Shown here: positions 37,137 to 48,394 of the stretch, in pieces | How positions within the stretch are numbered: the stretch's first letter is position 1 | Layout: each line of letters begins with the position of its first letter | Origin: Kiritimatiellia bacterium | Lineage (GTDB): Bacteria > Verrucomicrobiota > Kiritimatiellia > RFP12 > UBA1067 | NCBI GenBank assembly: GCA_050949565.1 | Contig: JBMNFY010000017.1 | Span: 1,824,001 to 1,888,000, forward strand | Direction of reading: 5' to 3' | Length of the DNA stretch: 64,000 nt | Made by a program: the position numbers and the translations under genes | Notes under the pieces: model-generated | Databases searched by the model: none | Told to the model about the DNA's origin: nothing | The model's input: the letters and a program-made list of their open reading frames with translations, nothing else

Positions 37137-40100
37137 TCACCGGAGCATCATAAATGTTCCCTGTGACCCGGTTGTGTAGAGCCAGCCGCCGCGCAGACTC
37201 ACGCGGTCTGTCGCATCGCCCCCGACCAGCACGAAGTTCACCTCGTCCAGATTCGCGATCGTGGCACCGCGGAAATCCACCAGATTCATGCGACCGGCGG
37301 GGATCGGGCCATCGACGACAATCATGACAGTCGACGGCAAGGTCAACGCGCCCGACAACGTCAGCACAGCTCCCGGCGTGAAGGTCCAGGTGTCGCCAAC
37401 GATAGCAGCCGCACTCCCCGGCGCGACCGCCAACGTGCCGTCACCGCGCACGATCAGATCGCCGAGGTGCAGGAACACGCAGTCAGGATCGGTGCCTGCG
37501 GCCGGCTGGAGCGTGAGCGAAGCGCCCTCGTTGACGGTAACGTCACCCACGATGAGCGGCAACCCCTCCGCCAAGGGCGAGACGGGTTCAATGGTGGAGG
37601 CCGTGCCGACGGCCAACTCCAGCGCGTTGGTGAAGCTCCGCGCCGCTTCACCGGTGTACGAGAAGGTGAAGGCGTCGATGAACTGCTGCGCGTAGTTGCC
37701 ACCCGTACCACCGACGATCCCCAGCCAAGCCGGTGTGCCCAGCTCAGCAAGTTTCGCACCGGCGTTTTCGTTGGTCATGCTGTAGACGTTTGCGCCTTGC
37801 TGCATGTCGATGACCATTGTCGTGCCGTCAAAGGTCATGCGCGCGTTGAACGCTCCCCGGTTTTGGCTGAAGAGCGTGCTATTAGCCCGGCCGGCCAGCG
37901 CTCCGTTTTCAATCCATGCCAGATAACAATCCCCCGGCATCAGGTAGTACTGGAAACCGAAGCTGGGCGAGTAAGGGGAGACGATTTGCCACCATCCGCC
38001 GGTCGGCAGTGCATTCGTACCGCGCGGGTCGTTCTGGAAGAAGACGCCGAAGCCGTCGCCCGGACTGGTGGTGGAAACCCCCTTGCGGAACGTGAGGTCG
38101 ATGACCCACGGCTCGGTGGCGACCACTTGCTCGCGGTAGTAAGCCGCGCCGCGTTTGTTGGCGACGTTCGGCGTCAGCTCCAGGATCGTACCACCTTGGC
38201 CATCATCCACAAAGCGCGTCACGCCGGTGGTCACCCACATCGTGTCGTCGAAACCCAGAGCGCCGCCGTTGTTGAGCAGCAGTGTACCGCCTTCGAGCAG
38301 CAGGCTCTGGCTGTCGGTAAGGCCTCCGCCGTCAACCAGCAAAGATGCGCCCGTGCCAACATGCACCGCGCCGCCGCCGGAGATCGGCGCACGCAAGCGG
38401 AACGTCCCGGGCGTGTTGAAGACCAGCGTACCTTCGTTGTGGATTTCCCCTGCCATCGTCACTGTGCCCTCGACCGCCGCGCCGTCGAGGATCACGGTCT
38501 GTCCGGCGGCGACCTGCACGCCGCACGAGACCGCGCCCGTCAACGTCAGCGTGCCGGGCCCCTCGTTGCGCACCACGCCGTCACCGCTGATCGCACCGCC
38601 GAAGACGAGATTCGTCGGGCTGCGGAACACCAGTGTGCCGCCCGCGCGTGTCTCCACGGCGGCATCCGGTGCGAGGCATCCCCCTGACAGTCCGTCAATG
38701 ACCAGTTCGCCGTCATACACGGCCCAGTCGCCGGGGTACGCGCTCAAGTCTGTGGCGATTGTCAACGTTGCGTCGCCGCCCTTGGCAATCACGCTGTCGG
38801 TCGTGCCGCCGGTCAGCGTGCCCGCGAACGCGCCTTCCGTCGTCTGATCGATGTACAGGCGGGTGCGCCCCGCGAGCGTTACGTCGCCTTCCGCCGCGAC
38901 ATCCAGCGCGCCGATCAACACCGGGGCCGCCGCCGTGCCGCCGCTCGCCGTGAGCGTCCCGGCCACGACATCGAAGGCCCCTGTGTGCGACACGCCCGGC
39001 GCGAGCGTGATGCCGCCCTGCTCAATGCGCGTGGTCCCGATAAAGCTACTGGTCCGCTGCAGCGTGATGACGCCGACACCCTGCTTTTCGATCACGGCGT
39101 CCGTCGCGGCCGCGCCGCTGAACGCGCCGAGGGTGGTGTCTTCCGCTTGATCCACAATCAGGTGCGCGAAGGCCTCGGCGCCCAGATTGCCGCCAGCCGT
39201 GCCGTCAACACCCACGATCCTCGTGGGGTATGCACGCAGCAGACGTTGCGACAACGCGACCTCGGTTCCGCCGGGCGGCGTCATGTGGAGGCGCACCACT
39301 TGCAAACCGCCATTTTCATAGAAGAAAACGATGATGTCGTGCCAGCCTTGTGTCAGCGAGACGGAACCTGTGGCCCAGCCGCTGCCGGTCCGGTTGTTCA
39401 CGACGAGTTGTCCGTTCAGAAAGATCAGGCAGCCGTCGTCGGCAAAAACCCGGAAGGTGTAGGTGCCGGCTTGCTCCGCCAAGAACTGGCCGGTCCAGCG
39501 TACCGCGAATTTGTCGACCGAGCCGCTATATTTGCCGGGGAAGTACTCGCCGCTGGTACCCGAATCAAACGTCTCGCCGAAGCTACCCGATCCGGCGATC
39601 AACGCCGGAGAGAGCCCCGCCAGAACCGCGTCCACCGCCTCCGGCGTAGTGCCCAGCGTCGGCCAAGTACCGCCGGTGGTGCCGGTGAAGGCGTTGTCGT
39701 AATACTCGCCGCGCAGTCCTTGGTAGCCCAGCGCCGCGACGGTCGCGTTCTGCGCGATCGTCACGCCGTTGGTCAATGCCGTGCCGACATTCAGCGCGAG
39801 CGTGCCGGCCGCGACCGTCACCGGCTCGGGCGTCGGGCATAGGCGTGGTTCAGCGTGAAGCGCCCCGTGCCGATCTTGGTGAGCGTAAGGGGCGGTGCCA
39901 GACTGCCGCTGAAGATCGAGTCCAGCGTGTCGCAGCCCACCTGCACCTCCAGCGCCGTGCCGACCGAGTTGGTCACGCAACCGCCGCCGGTCAGACCGTT
40001 GAACGTTCCCGCCCAGCCGTTGATGTCCAGCGCCGCGTTCCCCCCTAGATCGACGACACCGTAGCCTGCGCCGTGCGGCAGCGCGTCGGCGACGCCGTAC

Positions 40101-42977
40101 CGCAGCGTGCCGGCCTCGACCACCGTGTTGGTGGGCAGGTAGGCATGGGTGTTGGCGGTGGCCAGCGTTATTGTGCCGAGCCCCTTTTTGGTCAGGATGC
40201 CCTTGCCCGAGAAGGTGTCCTCGAAAGTGTCCTCGGCGCCGTTGTTCAGATAGAGCCAGCCGCGCGATCCCGTGCCCACGATGCCGCCGGTGGAGGCCCA
40301 CGAGAAGTTCGTGCCGTTGCCGATCATCATCGCGCCCCACGATCCTTCAAGCTGCACGCGCCCTTGGTAACTGTTGTTGGTGCCGGCAAACGTGACCCAG
40401 CCCATGTCCGTCATGCGCAGGGTGGCGTTGCCCGTGATGTCGCCGGGGATCATCAACTGCGCCGGCAGGCCGCCCGAGGCATGGATGCGGCAGGTGCCGT
40501 TGAAGGCGATACCGCGCGTCGGCGCCAGCGTGACGAATTGAGTTTCTGTGCGGAAGACGCCGCTGTCGAATACGACGTTCGATGGATCAAAGACTGCGGG
40601 CACGGTGCCGAAGCCGCGGTCGCCCATGATCACGATCTTGCCGCCGTTTTCCACGCGCGTGCCGCCGGAGTGGGCGGCGCTGTTACGCGTATCCACCACG
40701 CCCTTGCCGCGGATCAGCACGCGGCGCGGCGCGCCGCCCGCGCCGTCGGTCAAGTTGGTGATCACAAAGCCGTAAGCACCGTCGCCGACATCGATGCCGG
40801 TGTTGCCAAGCAGATAGGTGTCGCCATAGGGCGTGAGCGTGCCGGTGAAGTAACTTTTGACCGAGGTGTTCTCGGTGCCCGTGAAGAGATTCGGCGTGGC
40901 GGAAAGATCCAGCGTGTTGGTCAGTCCCGCGCCGCTGAGCTGCAGTGAGACATCTGGGTCGGCTGCGATGCGATTGAAAAAGGCCGCATCCGCGAGCTGA
41001 CACTGCACGCGCAGCACCGTGCCGCTACGGCAGACGATATCCGCCGTGTCGGGCGTTCGCGCACCGAGAGCGTTGGCATGCGCCATCACGATGCCGCCCG
41101 ATTCGAGCAGCGTGCCGCCGGTGTAGGTGCTGTCACCCGCGAGTCTCACGAACCCGTTCACCGTGCCGTTGACTTCCACCCGTCCGGGGACACCGGGCTT
41201 ATCGGCGATCGGTTGTTCATAAGACAGCGTACCGCCGCGCGGTGTAAAGCGATACAGATTGGTGTACGGCGTCAATGTGCCGGTATAGGTGAAGGAGCTA
41301 TCCGCACTCAGCGTCACACCGGGCAACGCCGAGAGGTCGATCGCGTCCGCCGCATTGGCGGCAAACAGCATGAGGATTCCGGCGGTTTCCGGGGTGAAGA
41401 GCGATGCCAGCGTTGTGGCGCCGCCGCTCTTGTTCCAGCCGATGGTGGCGTCGTTGGCCAGCGTGACCGGCGCGGCGTAACCGGCGGGCAGGGCATTGGC
41501 TGCAAGCGTGAGAGCGCCGCCGTTGACCGTGAGCGGTCCCGTGATCGTATTGGCACCACCGAGCGTGAGCGTGCCCGCGCCCTCTTTGACAAGGCCGCCG
41601 CCGGGGCTGCTTGCGTCTTCGAGCAGCGATTGATTGACGCTGACGGAAATATTCTCCGGCACATGGAAGGCGATCCCGCCGTCCTGCACCTTGGCGCTGG
41701 TGAGCCCCTGCAGGTGATCGGTGGCGTTGCCCACCGCTTGGAGCGTGCCGCCGTCCGCGATCAGCGTGGCGCTGCCGTCCCCGCGCACCACACGCTGCGT
41801 GATAAGCTTGCCGCCCGCGCCGAGCGTCAGCGTGGCGCTTGCGCCTGAGGTCATCGCCCAGACGCAGTGTATTGGCGCCGATGTCGAAGGTGCCGCCCGC
41901 CAGCGTGAGCGCGAAGGCGCTGCCCGCGCCGATGCCGGCGCGCACGTAAGCGCTGTTGGCGAAGGTCGGCAGCGCGGTGAAACGTCCGTCGGAGAGCGTC
42001 ATGCCGCCGTGTGCTGCGTGCCACATGCCGGTGTAGACGCCGTTCGCGTAGGGCGCACCGTCATAGACCGCCGTGCCGCCCGAGCCGAGATACACCGGCT
42101 GCCCGGCCGTAGGCGGCGTACCGGCCGCCCAGTTGGCCGCATCGTTCCAAGCCGCGGTGCCGGTGGTTTGCCACATGCCGCCGAAGCGGCCACCCTCGAC
42201 CATGAAATTGTGTTTCACATCTTCGGCGCTGAGCGTGCCGTCATGCACGCGCACCACCGCGATCGCGCCGCTGAGCGGATAGCTCCAGCCGCTCGAGGTG
42301 TCCACCGCGCCGACCGCGAACAACGCATTGTTGGTAGCGAGATTGAGCATGTAGGTACCGCCCATATCCAGCGTGTTCACCAGCCGTCCGTCGAGATAGA
42401 GGCGATTGATGCAGGCCGCGTCGCGGGTACAGGCTACGTGGTGCCACTGCCCGTAAGCAGGCAGACCGATGTTCCAGCCGATGTTGCGCGCCCAGTGTTC
42501 CACCGCGTTGTTGAGGTCGGAGCCGTAGCGCATCTCCATCATCCGGCGCTCTCCGCCGTCGCGCCGCGAAGTCCAAGCGAGGAGCGTCTCGATACCGGTA
42601 CCGACCGGATTGTAGACCCAGACTTCGGCCGACCAAGCATTTGTGCCGAGGATGCTCAGAGGCACACCGCCCTTGGTGGCATTGCTTGTGTGTCCGGCCT
42701 GCGCCATCGCACATCCGGACGTGCCGTCGAACCACAAGGCCACCGCGCCGCCGACATTCGCCGCATAGGTGGCACCCTGGCCGGCGACCGCCGGTACGAA
42801 ATTATTCAGCGTCCCCGCATTCGGCCAAACGGTGACCTTATCGCCGTCAGCCAATCCCGTTACCTGCGCCGCGTCCAGATGAACGAACAGTTCGCCCGCC
42901 GTGCGGATCGCCTGCGCACTTGCGCTCATGATCCCCGCGCACACAACACCACATACCCACCGGTGACTTACTCGCAT
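37137..42977 (-). pseudogene. ~1945-aa secreted protein (LamG-like, autotransporter-associated beta-strand repeats, PA14, L-lectin-like), split by two frameshifts (~41853 and ~39840)
   Basis: Three consecutive ORFs join into one protein: signal peptide, WHHVACT/RLYLDG, LxKxGxGTLTLxGxN repeats, FAVRWTG..ADDG (PA14), PGDGFGVFFQND and C-terminal GTFMMLR. Confidence 0.8.
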
Positions 42978-43068
42978 ACTTTGCCTTTCCTCGTGATGAA
43001 AATCCACACCATTCAAGTCTCGGTAACAGTATGCGCCTTTGATCCAAGCGTGTCAATGCACATTGAAC

Positions 43069-43338
43069 GGTAATCGTTAGTGCCAGGGGGGAAGAGTTAT
43101 CGTGTCGGGGTACGTGAGCGAGTGTGTGCACGGGGGTGGCCAACGTTCACGTTCTCCAAATCGGTATCGGTATCGCTATCGGGTTCGAAATCGACTGTTG
43201 CGCCCACGCAGTGGCTCGCAGCGGCGAGTGTAATGATGGCGGCGATACCGATCCCGATACCGATAGCGATACCGATGGTGGCGCAATGGAACCCTGAAAC
43301 GCATGATCTTCGCACTCCCTTGTCACTAACCGATTATC
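43069..43338. mobile_element. MITE-like element 2 with an internal inverted (ATCGGT)n array
   Basis: Ends GGTAATCGTTAGTGCCAGGGGG and CCCTTGTCACTAACCGATTATC. Internal atcggtatcggtatcgctatcggg ... cgataccgatcccgataccgatagcgataccgat. Confidence 0.7.
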
Positions 43339-43422
43339 GTGGAAGCCGGGCGTCCTTAAAAACCTAAAAAATCTCATCTGAAAATGATTCACAAACCGCG
43401 CCTGATCTGCTTTGATATGGTC

Positions 43423-44037
43423 ATGGATGAACAATCAAAACGGCTGATCGTGAACGCGATCACCTTTGGGCGTGTACCGTTTGTCGTACTGTTTATGGTG
43501 TTGGCCGTGATTGACGCCTATTGGCCGTCACGCTGGCTCGCGATCTCGGCGACCGCCTCATTGGTGATCGCCTCGCTGACCGACCTCTACGACGGCAAAC
43601 TGGCGCGCAAGTGGAACGTAGTCAGCAAGTTCGGGGCGATGGCCGATCCGTTGATGGATAAGGTCTTCTACCTGGTGGTTTTCCCCACTTTGCTCTGGCT
43701 ACTGGGCCGCCAGCCGGACGAGGCGATCCACGCCTTGGTCATGCTGATTTTCACCGTGCTCTACATCCTGCGCGACCAGTGGGTGACCTTCCTGCGCTCG
43801 GTGGGTTCGCTCTATAACGCAAACTGCGGCGCCAACTGGCTCGGCAAGTTCCGCACGGCGATCAGCTTCCCCTCCGCCTGTATCATCTACGTCTACGTCT
43901 CTCTACACCCGTGGTTCTTACCGCAGGCGTTGGTTTACGTGATTGAGGCGTTCCTGATCTTTGTCAACTTCTGGTCGATCGTGGTCTATACCCGTCAGTA
44001 CATGCCCTATCTCAAACGAGCGATCGGCAAGAATTGA
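43423..44037 (+). CDS. pgsA: CDP-alcohol phosphatidyltransferase
   Basis: NAITFGR and TDLYDGKLARKWNVVSKFGAMADPLMDK motifs. Confidence 0.88.
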   Translation: MDEQSKRLIVNAITFGRVPFVVLFMVLAVIDAYWPSRWLAISATASLVIASLTDLYDGKLARKWNVVSKFGAMADPLMDKVFYLVVFPTLLWLLGRQPDEAIHALVMLIFTVLYILRDQWVTFLRSVGSLYNANCGANWLGKFRTAISFPSACIIYVYVSLHPWFLPQALVYVIEAFLIFVNFWSIVVYTRQYMPYLKRAIGKN

Positions 44038-44807
44038 CGCTTCTGATCGCAAAGAGCGCCACGGCCAGCGCACTCACCACGTTCAACGAATTTTTGCGGC
44101 CGGCCAAAGGAATACGTACAACCGCGTCACAAGCCTGCACGACGTCAGGGTCGAGTCCGAAACGTTCGTTACCGACCACCAGCGCACACGGCAAAGGCCA
44201 CTCGAACGCCCCCACCGACGGCGCGTCAGCCACAGTCTCCAACGCCACGCACGGCACTCCCGCCGTGCGCAGTTCGTCAATCACTTCGCGAACCCCGCCG
44301 GCATGACGCCAAGCCACCAGCCGCTCGGTGCCCAGCGCCGCACGTGCGGCCTGCGGCTGCTCAGGCGACGGCGTGTAGCCGCACAACAACACCTCGCGCA
44401 CACCGAAACACTCAGCGGTGCGGAAGAGCCCGCCGACATTGAAGGCCGAGCGGATCGAATCTGCAACCACCGTCAGCGGCAGCGGCGGTGCCGCCGGTGC
44501 CTCGTCGGGCGGCAGGTCGGCATCCAGGATCTCCACGTCAGTGATCTTGAGACGCGCCACCGCGCGCTCGACCGGTACCCGCACGCAGTCAAACTGGCGC
44601 AACGTGAGCCCTGGCAACAACAGACGTGCCAGAGCGGCCAGAGCGCGGCAACGCGCGCTGTTCCGCCAGCCAGGCGCGGCAGGCCTCACGTTCGCGTTCG
44701 CGCGCCGCTTCGTCCGGCCAGACACGTTCCAAGGCGCGCAGCCGTTCGAGCGCTTCGCGCCACATCCGCTGCTCCTCGCCCGCAGAGAGACGGCCCGTGC
44801 CCGGCAT
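44012..44807 (-). pseudogene. TrmH/SpoU RNA methyltransferase with an apparent +1 frameshift near 44645
   Basis: DSIRSAFNVGGLFRTAE, VGNERFG and SLNV motifs in the 3' ORF. The coding-like 5' part (MPGTGRL..EREACRAWLAEQRA) is in another frame. Confidence 0.7.
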
Positions 44808-44810
44808 GGC

Positions 44811-45719
44811 TCACTTGCCTTGCGGCGTCCCCTTGACCTTAAGCGGAACCGCGTAAAAACCCTTCGAAGCGGTTACAAAGAGCGTGTCCTTTTTCGGGCC
44901 ACCGATACAGACGTTGGCCGTCCAGCCTTCGGGAATTTTGATCACGCCCAAGAAGGCGCCCGCCTTATCGTAGACATAGACCCCCTCTTTGTGGGTCAGG
45001 TAAACCCGGCCGTCGACATCGAGCGTCATACCGTCCGAGCCCTTCTCGCAGAAAAGCCGCTTGCCAGCCAGCGTGCCGTCAGGCTGGATCTCATACACGA
45101 AGGTTTTGTTCGCCTTGATGTCAGCCACGTAGAGATGCTTGCCGTCTGGCGTGCCGACGATCCCGTTCGGTTGCAGCAGGTCATCGGTCACACGGCGCGG
45201 CGTGCCGCCCTTGGGCAGGAAATAGACCTGTTGCGAGTCTTGCGGCGCATCTGTGTGCGTCCACCACGGACGCTTGTAAAAGGGATCCGTGAAATAACAG
45301 CCGCCGCCCTCCGGACAGGCCCACACATCGTTGGGGCCATTCAGCGCCTTGCCGGCGTGCGCCTTCGTAAGCACCGTCACCTTGCCATCCGGCGTGACCG
45401 ACCACAACTCCGTCTTCTCATCGGCGCAGACCAGCAGGTTGCCGTCCGGCGCGAAGCACATGCCGTTGGCGCGGCCCGCTGGCTCCATGAACGTTCGCAG
45501 TCCCTGCTCACGCGACCAGCGCAGGATCTTGTTGTTCGGTTGGTCCACAAAGAAAACCTCACCCGCCGCATTGACGGTCGCCCCTTCCGTGAACTTAAAT
45601 CCGTCTGCCAGCTTTTCCGCCACTGTGCCCGGCGCGACCACATCATCTAGCCCCGCCGCGACTGCGCATGCGACCACCATGCCCGACGCCAGCCCGATCA
45701 ACCCTAATTTCAGTTTCAT
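44811..45719 (-). CDS. SMP-30/gluconolactonase/LRE family exported protein
   Basis: FTEG, ANG, LNGPND, YFTDP, PNGI, DGMTLD and ANVCIGG motifs, plus a signal peptide. Confidence 0.92.
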   Translation of the reverse strand: MKLKLGLIGLASGMVVACAVAAGLDDVVAPGTVAEKLADGFKFTEGATVNAAGEVFFVDQPNNKILRWSREQGLRTFMEPAGRANGMCFAPDGNLLVCADEKTELWSVTPDGKVTVLTKAHAGKALNGPNDVWACPEGGGCYFTDPFYKRPWWTHTDAPQDSQQVYFLPKGGTPRRVTDDLLQPNGIVGTPDGKHLYVADIKANKTFVYEIQPDGTLAGKRLFCEKGSDGMTLDVDGRVYLTHKEGVYVYDKAGAFLGVIKIPEGWTANVCIGGPKKDTLFVTASKGFYAVPLKVKGTPQGK

Positions 45720-45829
45720 GCCTTGTCCTTTCCTTGCTGTTGTTCATTCGTCCACCCACAGGATTGGACACCAGTTTACCGTTTCACGCCTGTCATGGCA
45801 ACGGCGGCTTCCGCGCTGTGCGCGGAGTT

Positions 45830-46028
45830 AACATTTAGGAATTAGGATTTAGCCTAAAAAGAGCAGTTGAACCTTCAACTCTCTTTGGTTTCTGGTTTCA
45901 AGGTTTCATGGTTTCATCCAAATCGGGATCGGGATCGCTATCGGGATCGATTGTTTAACCACGGAACACACCGAACACACGGAAAGGCATGGCTCTGTTT
46001 CCGTGTGTTTAGTGTGTTCCGTGGTTCC
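45830..46028. repeat. Intergenic repeat stack ending in a complete inverted 9-mer element
   Basis: ttaggaattaggatttag | (GGTTTC)x4 | atcgggatcgggatcgctatcgggatcg | aaccacggaacacaccgaacacacggaaa...tttccgtgtgtttagtgtgttccgtggtt. Confidence 0.85.
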
Positions 46029-46209
46029 AATCAGAAATTGCGTTCTGCACCAAATAGGTGCGGCGCGGATCTCAACGGAAGCCAATGTTTACGGGGCTTT
46101 GCTCAAAATCTGCATGCTCAACTGCTCTTTTTAGGCTGAATCGAGCTCAGGCGTATGTTATTTTTAAGTGCGTTGAAGGAAAGACCGCAGACCAAGCAGC
46201 AGAAAAGTC

Positions 46210-46482
46210 ATGAAGCTCGAAGACACAATATGCCCAAAGTGCAATGCGAAGGGAACTTGCGAAAGTATTCCTCATCTGGGTCATGTCAACATTGCGGCAC
46301 TTCTGTTCGGTGGCGCACTCTTCTCCCTGCTTTGGAGCGGGAGCCGTCCAACTCGACTGAAGTGTTCCTCTTGCGGGCACCGGTTCTCTCGCCGCTTACG
46401 GTGGGCCAAGATCGGGTTTGTCTTGTTCTGGGGCATCATCATCGGCGTGGTGCTGCTATGGATGCTTGCGCCAGAGGAATGA
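46210..46482 (+). CDS. Small zinc-ribbon membrane protein (CxxC-hydrophobic-CxxC-TM)
   Basis: CPKC..IAALLFGGALFSLLW..CSSCGH..C-terminal TM helix. Confidence 0.6.
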   Translation: MKLEDTICPKCNAKGTCESIPHLGHVNIAALLFGGALFSLLWSGSRPTRLKCSSCGHRFSRRLRWAKIGFVLFWGIIIGVVLLWMLAPEE

Positions 46483-46610
46483 AACGAAGGCCCTTACCCA
46501 CTTCCGCTTTCTAGTCATTAGCCGCTTTCCTTTCGTGTTCTTCGTATGAAAAAACTACGTAGCCATGCTCCACTTTGAGCATTGAAAGTTGGAAGTTAAG
46601 CGTTGAGCGT

Positions 46611-48383
46611 TCATGGTATTGCAACAGTCAGGTTACATCCCGAGTTTGTCAGTGTGACAGGACGCGATACGGTCTTGCCGTCCCGCATGACCGTGATGAC
46701 GTAGTCGCCTAGGAAACCGCGCGTCCGCGCCGTACCGTCCGCGCCGGAGGTGAGCGTTTCGTTGGTCCACCAAGTCCGGGTGACAAGATCCAGCCAGACC
46801 TGTCCGGCGGGCTTGAGCGACCAATCGCTGCGGTAGTAGGCGGCGTTGGGCCGCCAGTGCGAGTCTTCCCAGAACCCCCATGTCAGCAGCGCGACCACGG
46901 CAGGATGGCTGAACACGACAGTCAGGAAGTCGCGCGTGAAGTCGGCCTGGAGCTGTTCGTCTTGGGTGTCGATGTCATGCTCGGTAATCGAAATCGCAAG
47001 GCCGAGTGCGGCAAAGCGGTCCAAGATTTTGAGCATGCGTTCGGGCGGCGTGGGCGTGCCTCCGAAATGTGCCTGCATACCGAGTCCGTTGATCGGTGCG
47101 CCGCCCTGCTTGAGAAACCGCAAGGTTTTTTCGAAATGATCTTGATGTGCCCGGTCCAAGCCGCCGCCGGACAGGATGGCGTAATCATTGAGGTAAAGGT
47201 TGACCTCCGGATCGTAGCGGCGGGCCAGCTTAAACCAAGCGATCATCTCCTCGTCACCGAGAACCTTCATCAGATCGTGGTTGGTGTAAGGTTCGTTGAT
47301 GACATCCCAGTCGATCAGTCGGCCTTTCAGGATCGACACCTCGTGTGCGATGTGTGCGTTGATGCGCGCGCGCAATTTTTCGGGGTCGTCTTTGTGCGTT
47401 TGCAGGTCGCGGGGTGTGTGCCTCCATGAGGGCCACACCAGACAATGACCACGCACGTCAATCCGCCGCTCGCGCAGCCAGTCAAGCGCCCGCAGAACAG
47501 ACGCTTGATGATCTGGTTTGTCCCAATTGTTCCACTTGAGGTCGTTTTCAAACACGACGCGTGAAAAGTTTTTTTCGATGACCGCGCGGTATTTCTCGCC
47601 GTCGGCATCCTGCCGCAGAATGCCCTTCACGGTCACGGCCGAGCCCCAACCGAATGCGTGCCGCCGCATCTCCACCGCCACCTTGGCGCCGGGCACAGGC
47701 CGACCTGTGCTGTCGGTCACGCGCACCGCAAGATCGGCCTTGCGGTGTTGCTCGATGCGTGCTGCGGCTGCGGTGCGCCAAGGTGCGTCCAACGCCTGTC
47801 CCGCGTAGGAGATCCGTGTACGCGGCAAGCGTGCGAGGTCGTAGCCGGTTCCAAAGGCGTAGAGCGCGACATCCGCGATTTCGACACACTGCGCCATGAC
47901 ACCCAGATGGAACCCCGCGCTGGCACGACCGGCCTCATAGGCTTCACGCGACTTGAAGGGCAGGAAATATTCCTGCCATGTGCGCCCCAGCGTGACACCG
48001 CAACTCAGCGATTTGTCATGCGGCGGTCCGGCCTTCTCAAAGATCGCATGGACCTGTCCTTCGCCGTTTTCTGTGCGGGATTCCAGTGTGCGCGCAAAGA
48101 AACGCATCCAGAGCACTTCGCCCTTTTCGATGCGGCGTGTCGTACGGAACTGAAACTGAACCGCCCAAGGGCGTTCGGGCTGTGTGCGGATGTCGCAACG
48201 GATCGCTTCGGCGAAAGGCTGGCCCTCGACCTTCACGCGCGTCAAGGTGGCATGTTCGGTCTGGCTCTCCGCGCGTAGCGACGCGATGGCGTTTTCCTGA
48301 ATCGCGGGCACACCGCCCTCAGGCACTGCGGCAATCAGGCTACAAGCAACAAGGAGCGTCAAGCTCATCAATAGGCGTTTCAT
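46611..48383 (-). CDS. GH10 endo-1,4-beta-xylanase with an N-terminal CBM4/22-like domain
   Basis: FENDLKW, VRGHCLVW, WDVINEP, YLNDY, GMQAH, ITEHD and TWGFW motifs, plus a signal peptide. Confidence 0.92.
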   Translation of the reverse strand: MKRLLMSLTLLVACSLIAAVPEGGVPAIQENAIASLRAESQTEHATLTRVKVEGQPFAEAIRCDIRTQPERPWAVQFQFRTTRRIEKGEVLWMRFFARTLESRTENGEGQVHAIFEKAGPPHDKSLSCGVTLGRTWQEYFLPFKSREAYEAGRASAGFHLGVMAQCVEIADVALYAFGTGYDLARLPRTRISYAGQALDAPWRTAAAARIEQHRKADLAVRVTDSTGRPVPGAKVAVEMRRHAFGWGSAVTVKGILRQDADGEKYRAVIEKNFSRVVFENDLKWNNWDKPDHQASVLRALDWLRERRIDVRGHCLVWPSWRHTPRDLQTHKDDPEKLRARINAHIAHEVSILKGRLIDWDVINEPYTNHDLMKVLGDEEMIAWFKLARRYDPEVNLYLNDYAILSGGGLDRAHQDHFEKTLRFLKQGGAPINGLGMQAHFGGTPTPPERMLKILDRFAALGLAISITEHDIDTQDEQLQADFTRDFLTVVFSHPAVVALLTWGFWEDSHWRPNAAYYRSDWSLKPAGQVWLDLVTRTWWTNETLTSGADGTARTRGFLGDYVITVMRDGKTVSRPVTLTNSGCNLTVAIP

Positions 48384-48394
48384 TGGATTCCCTT

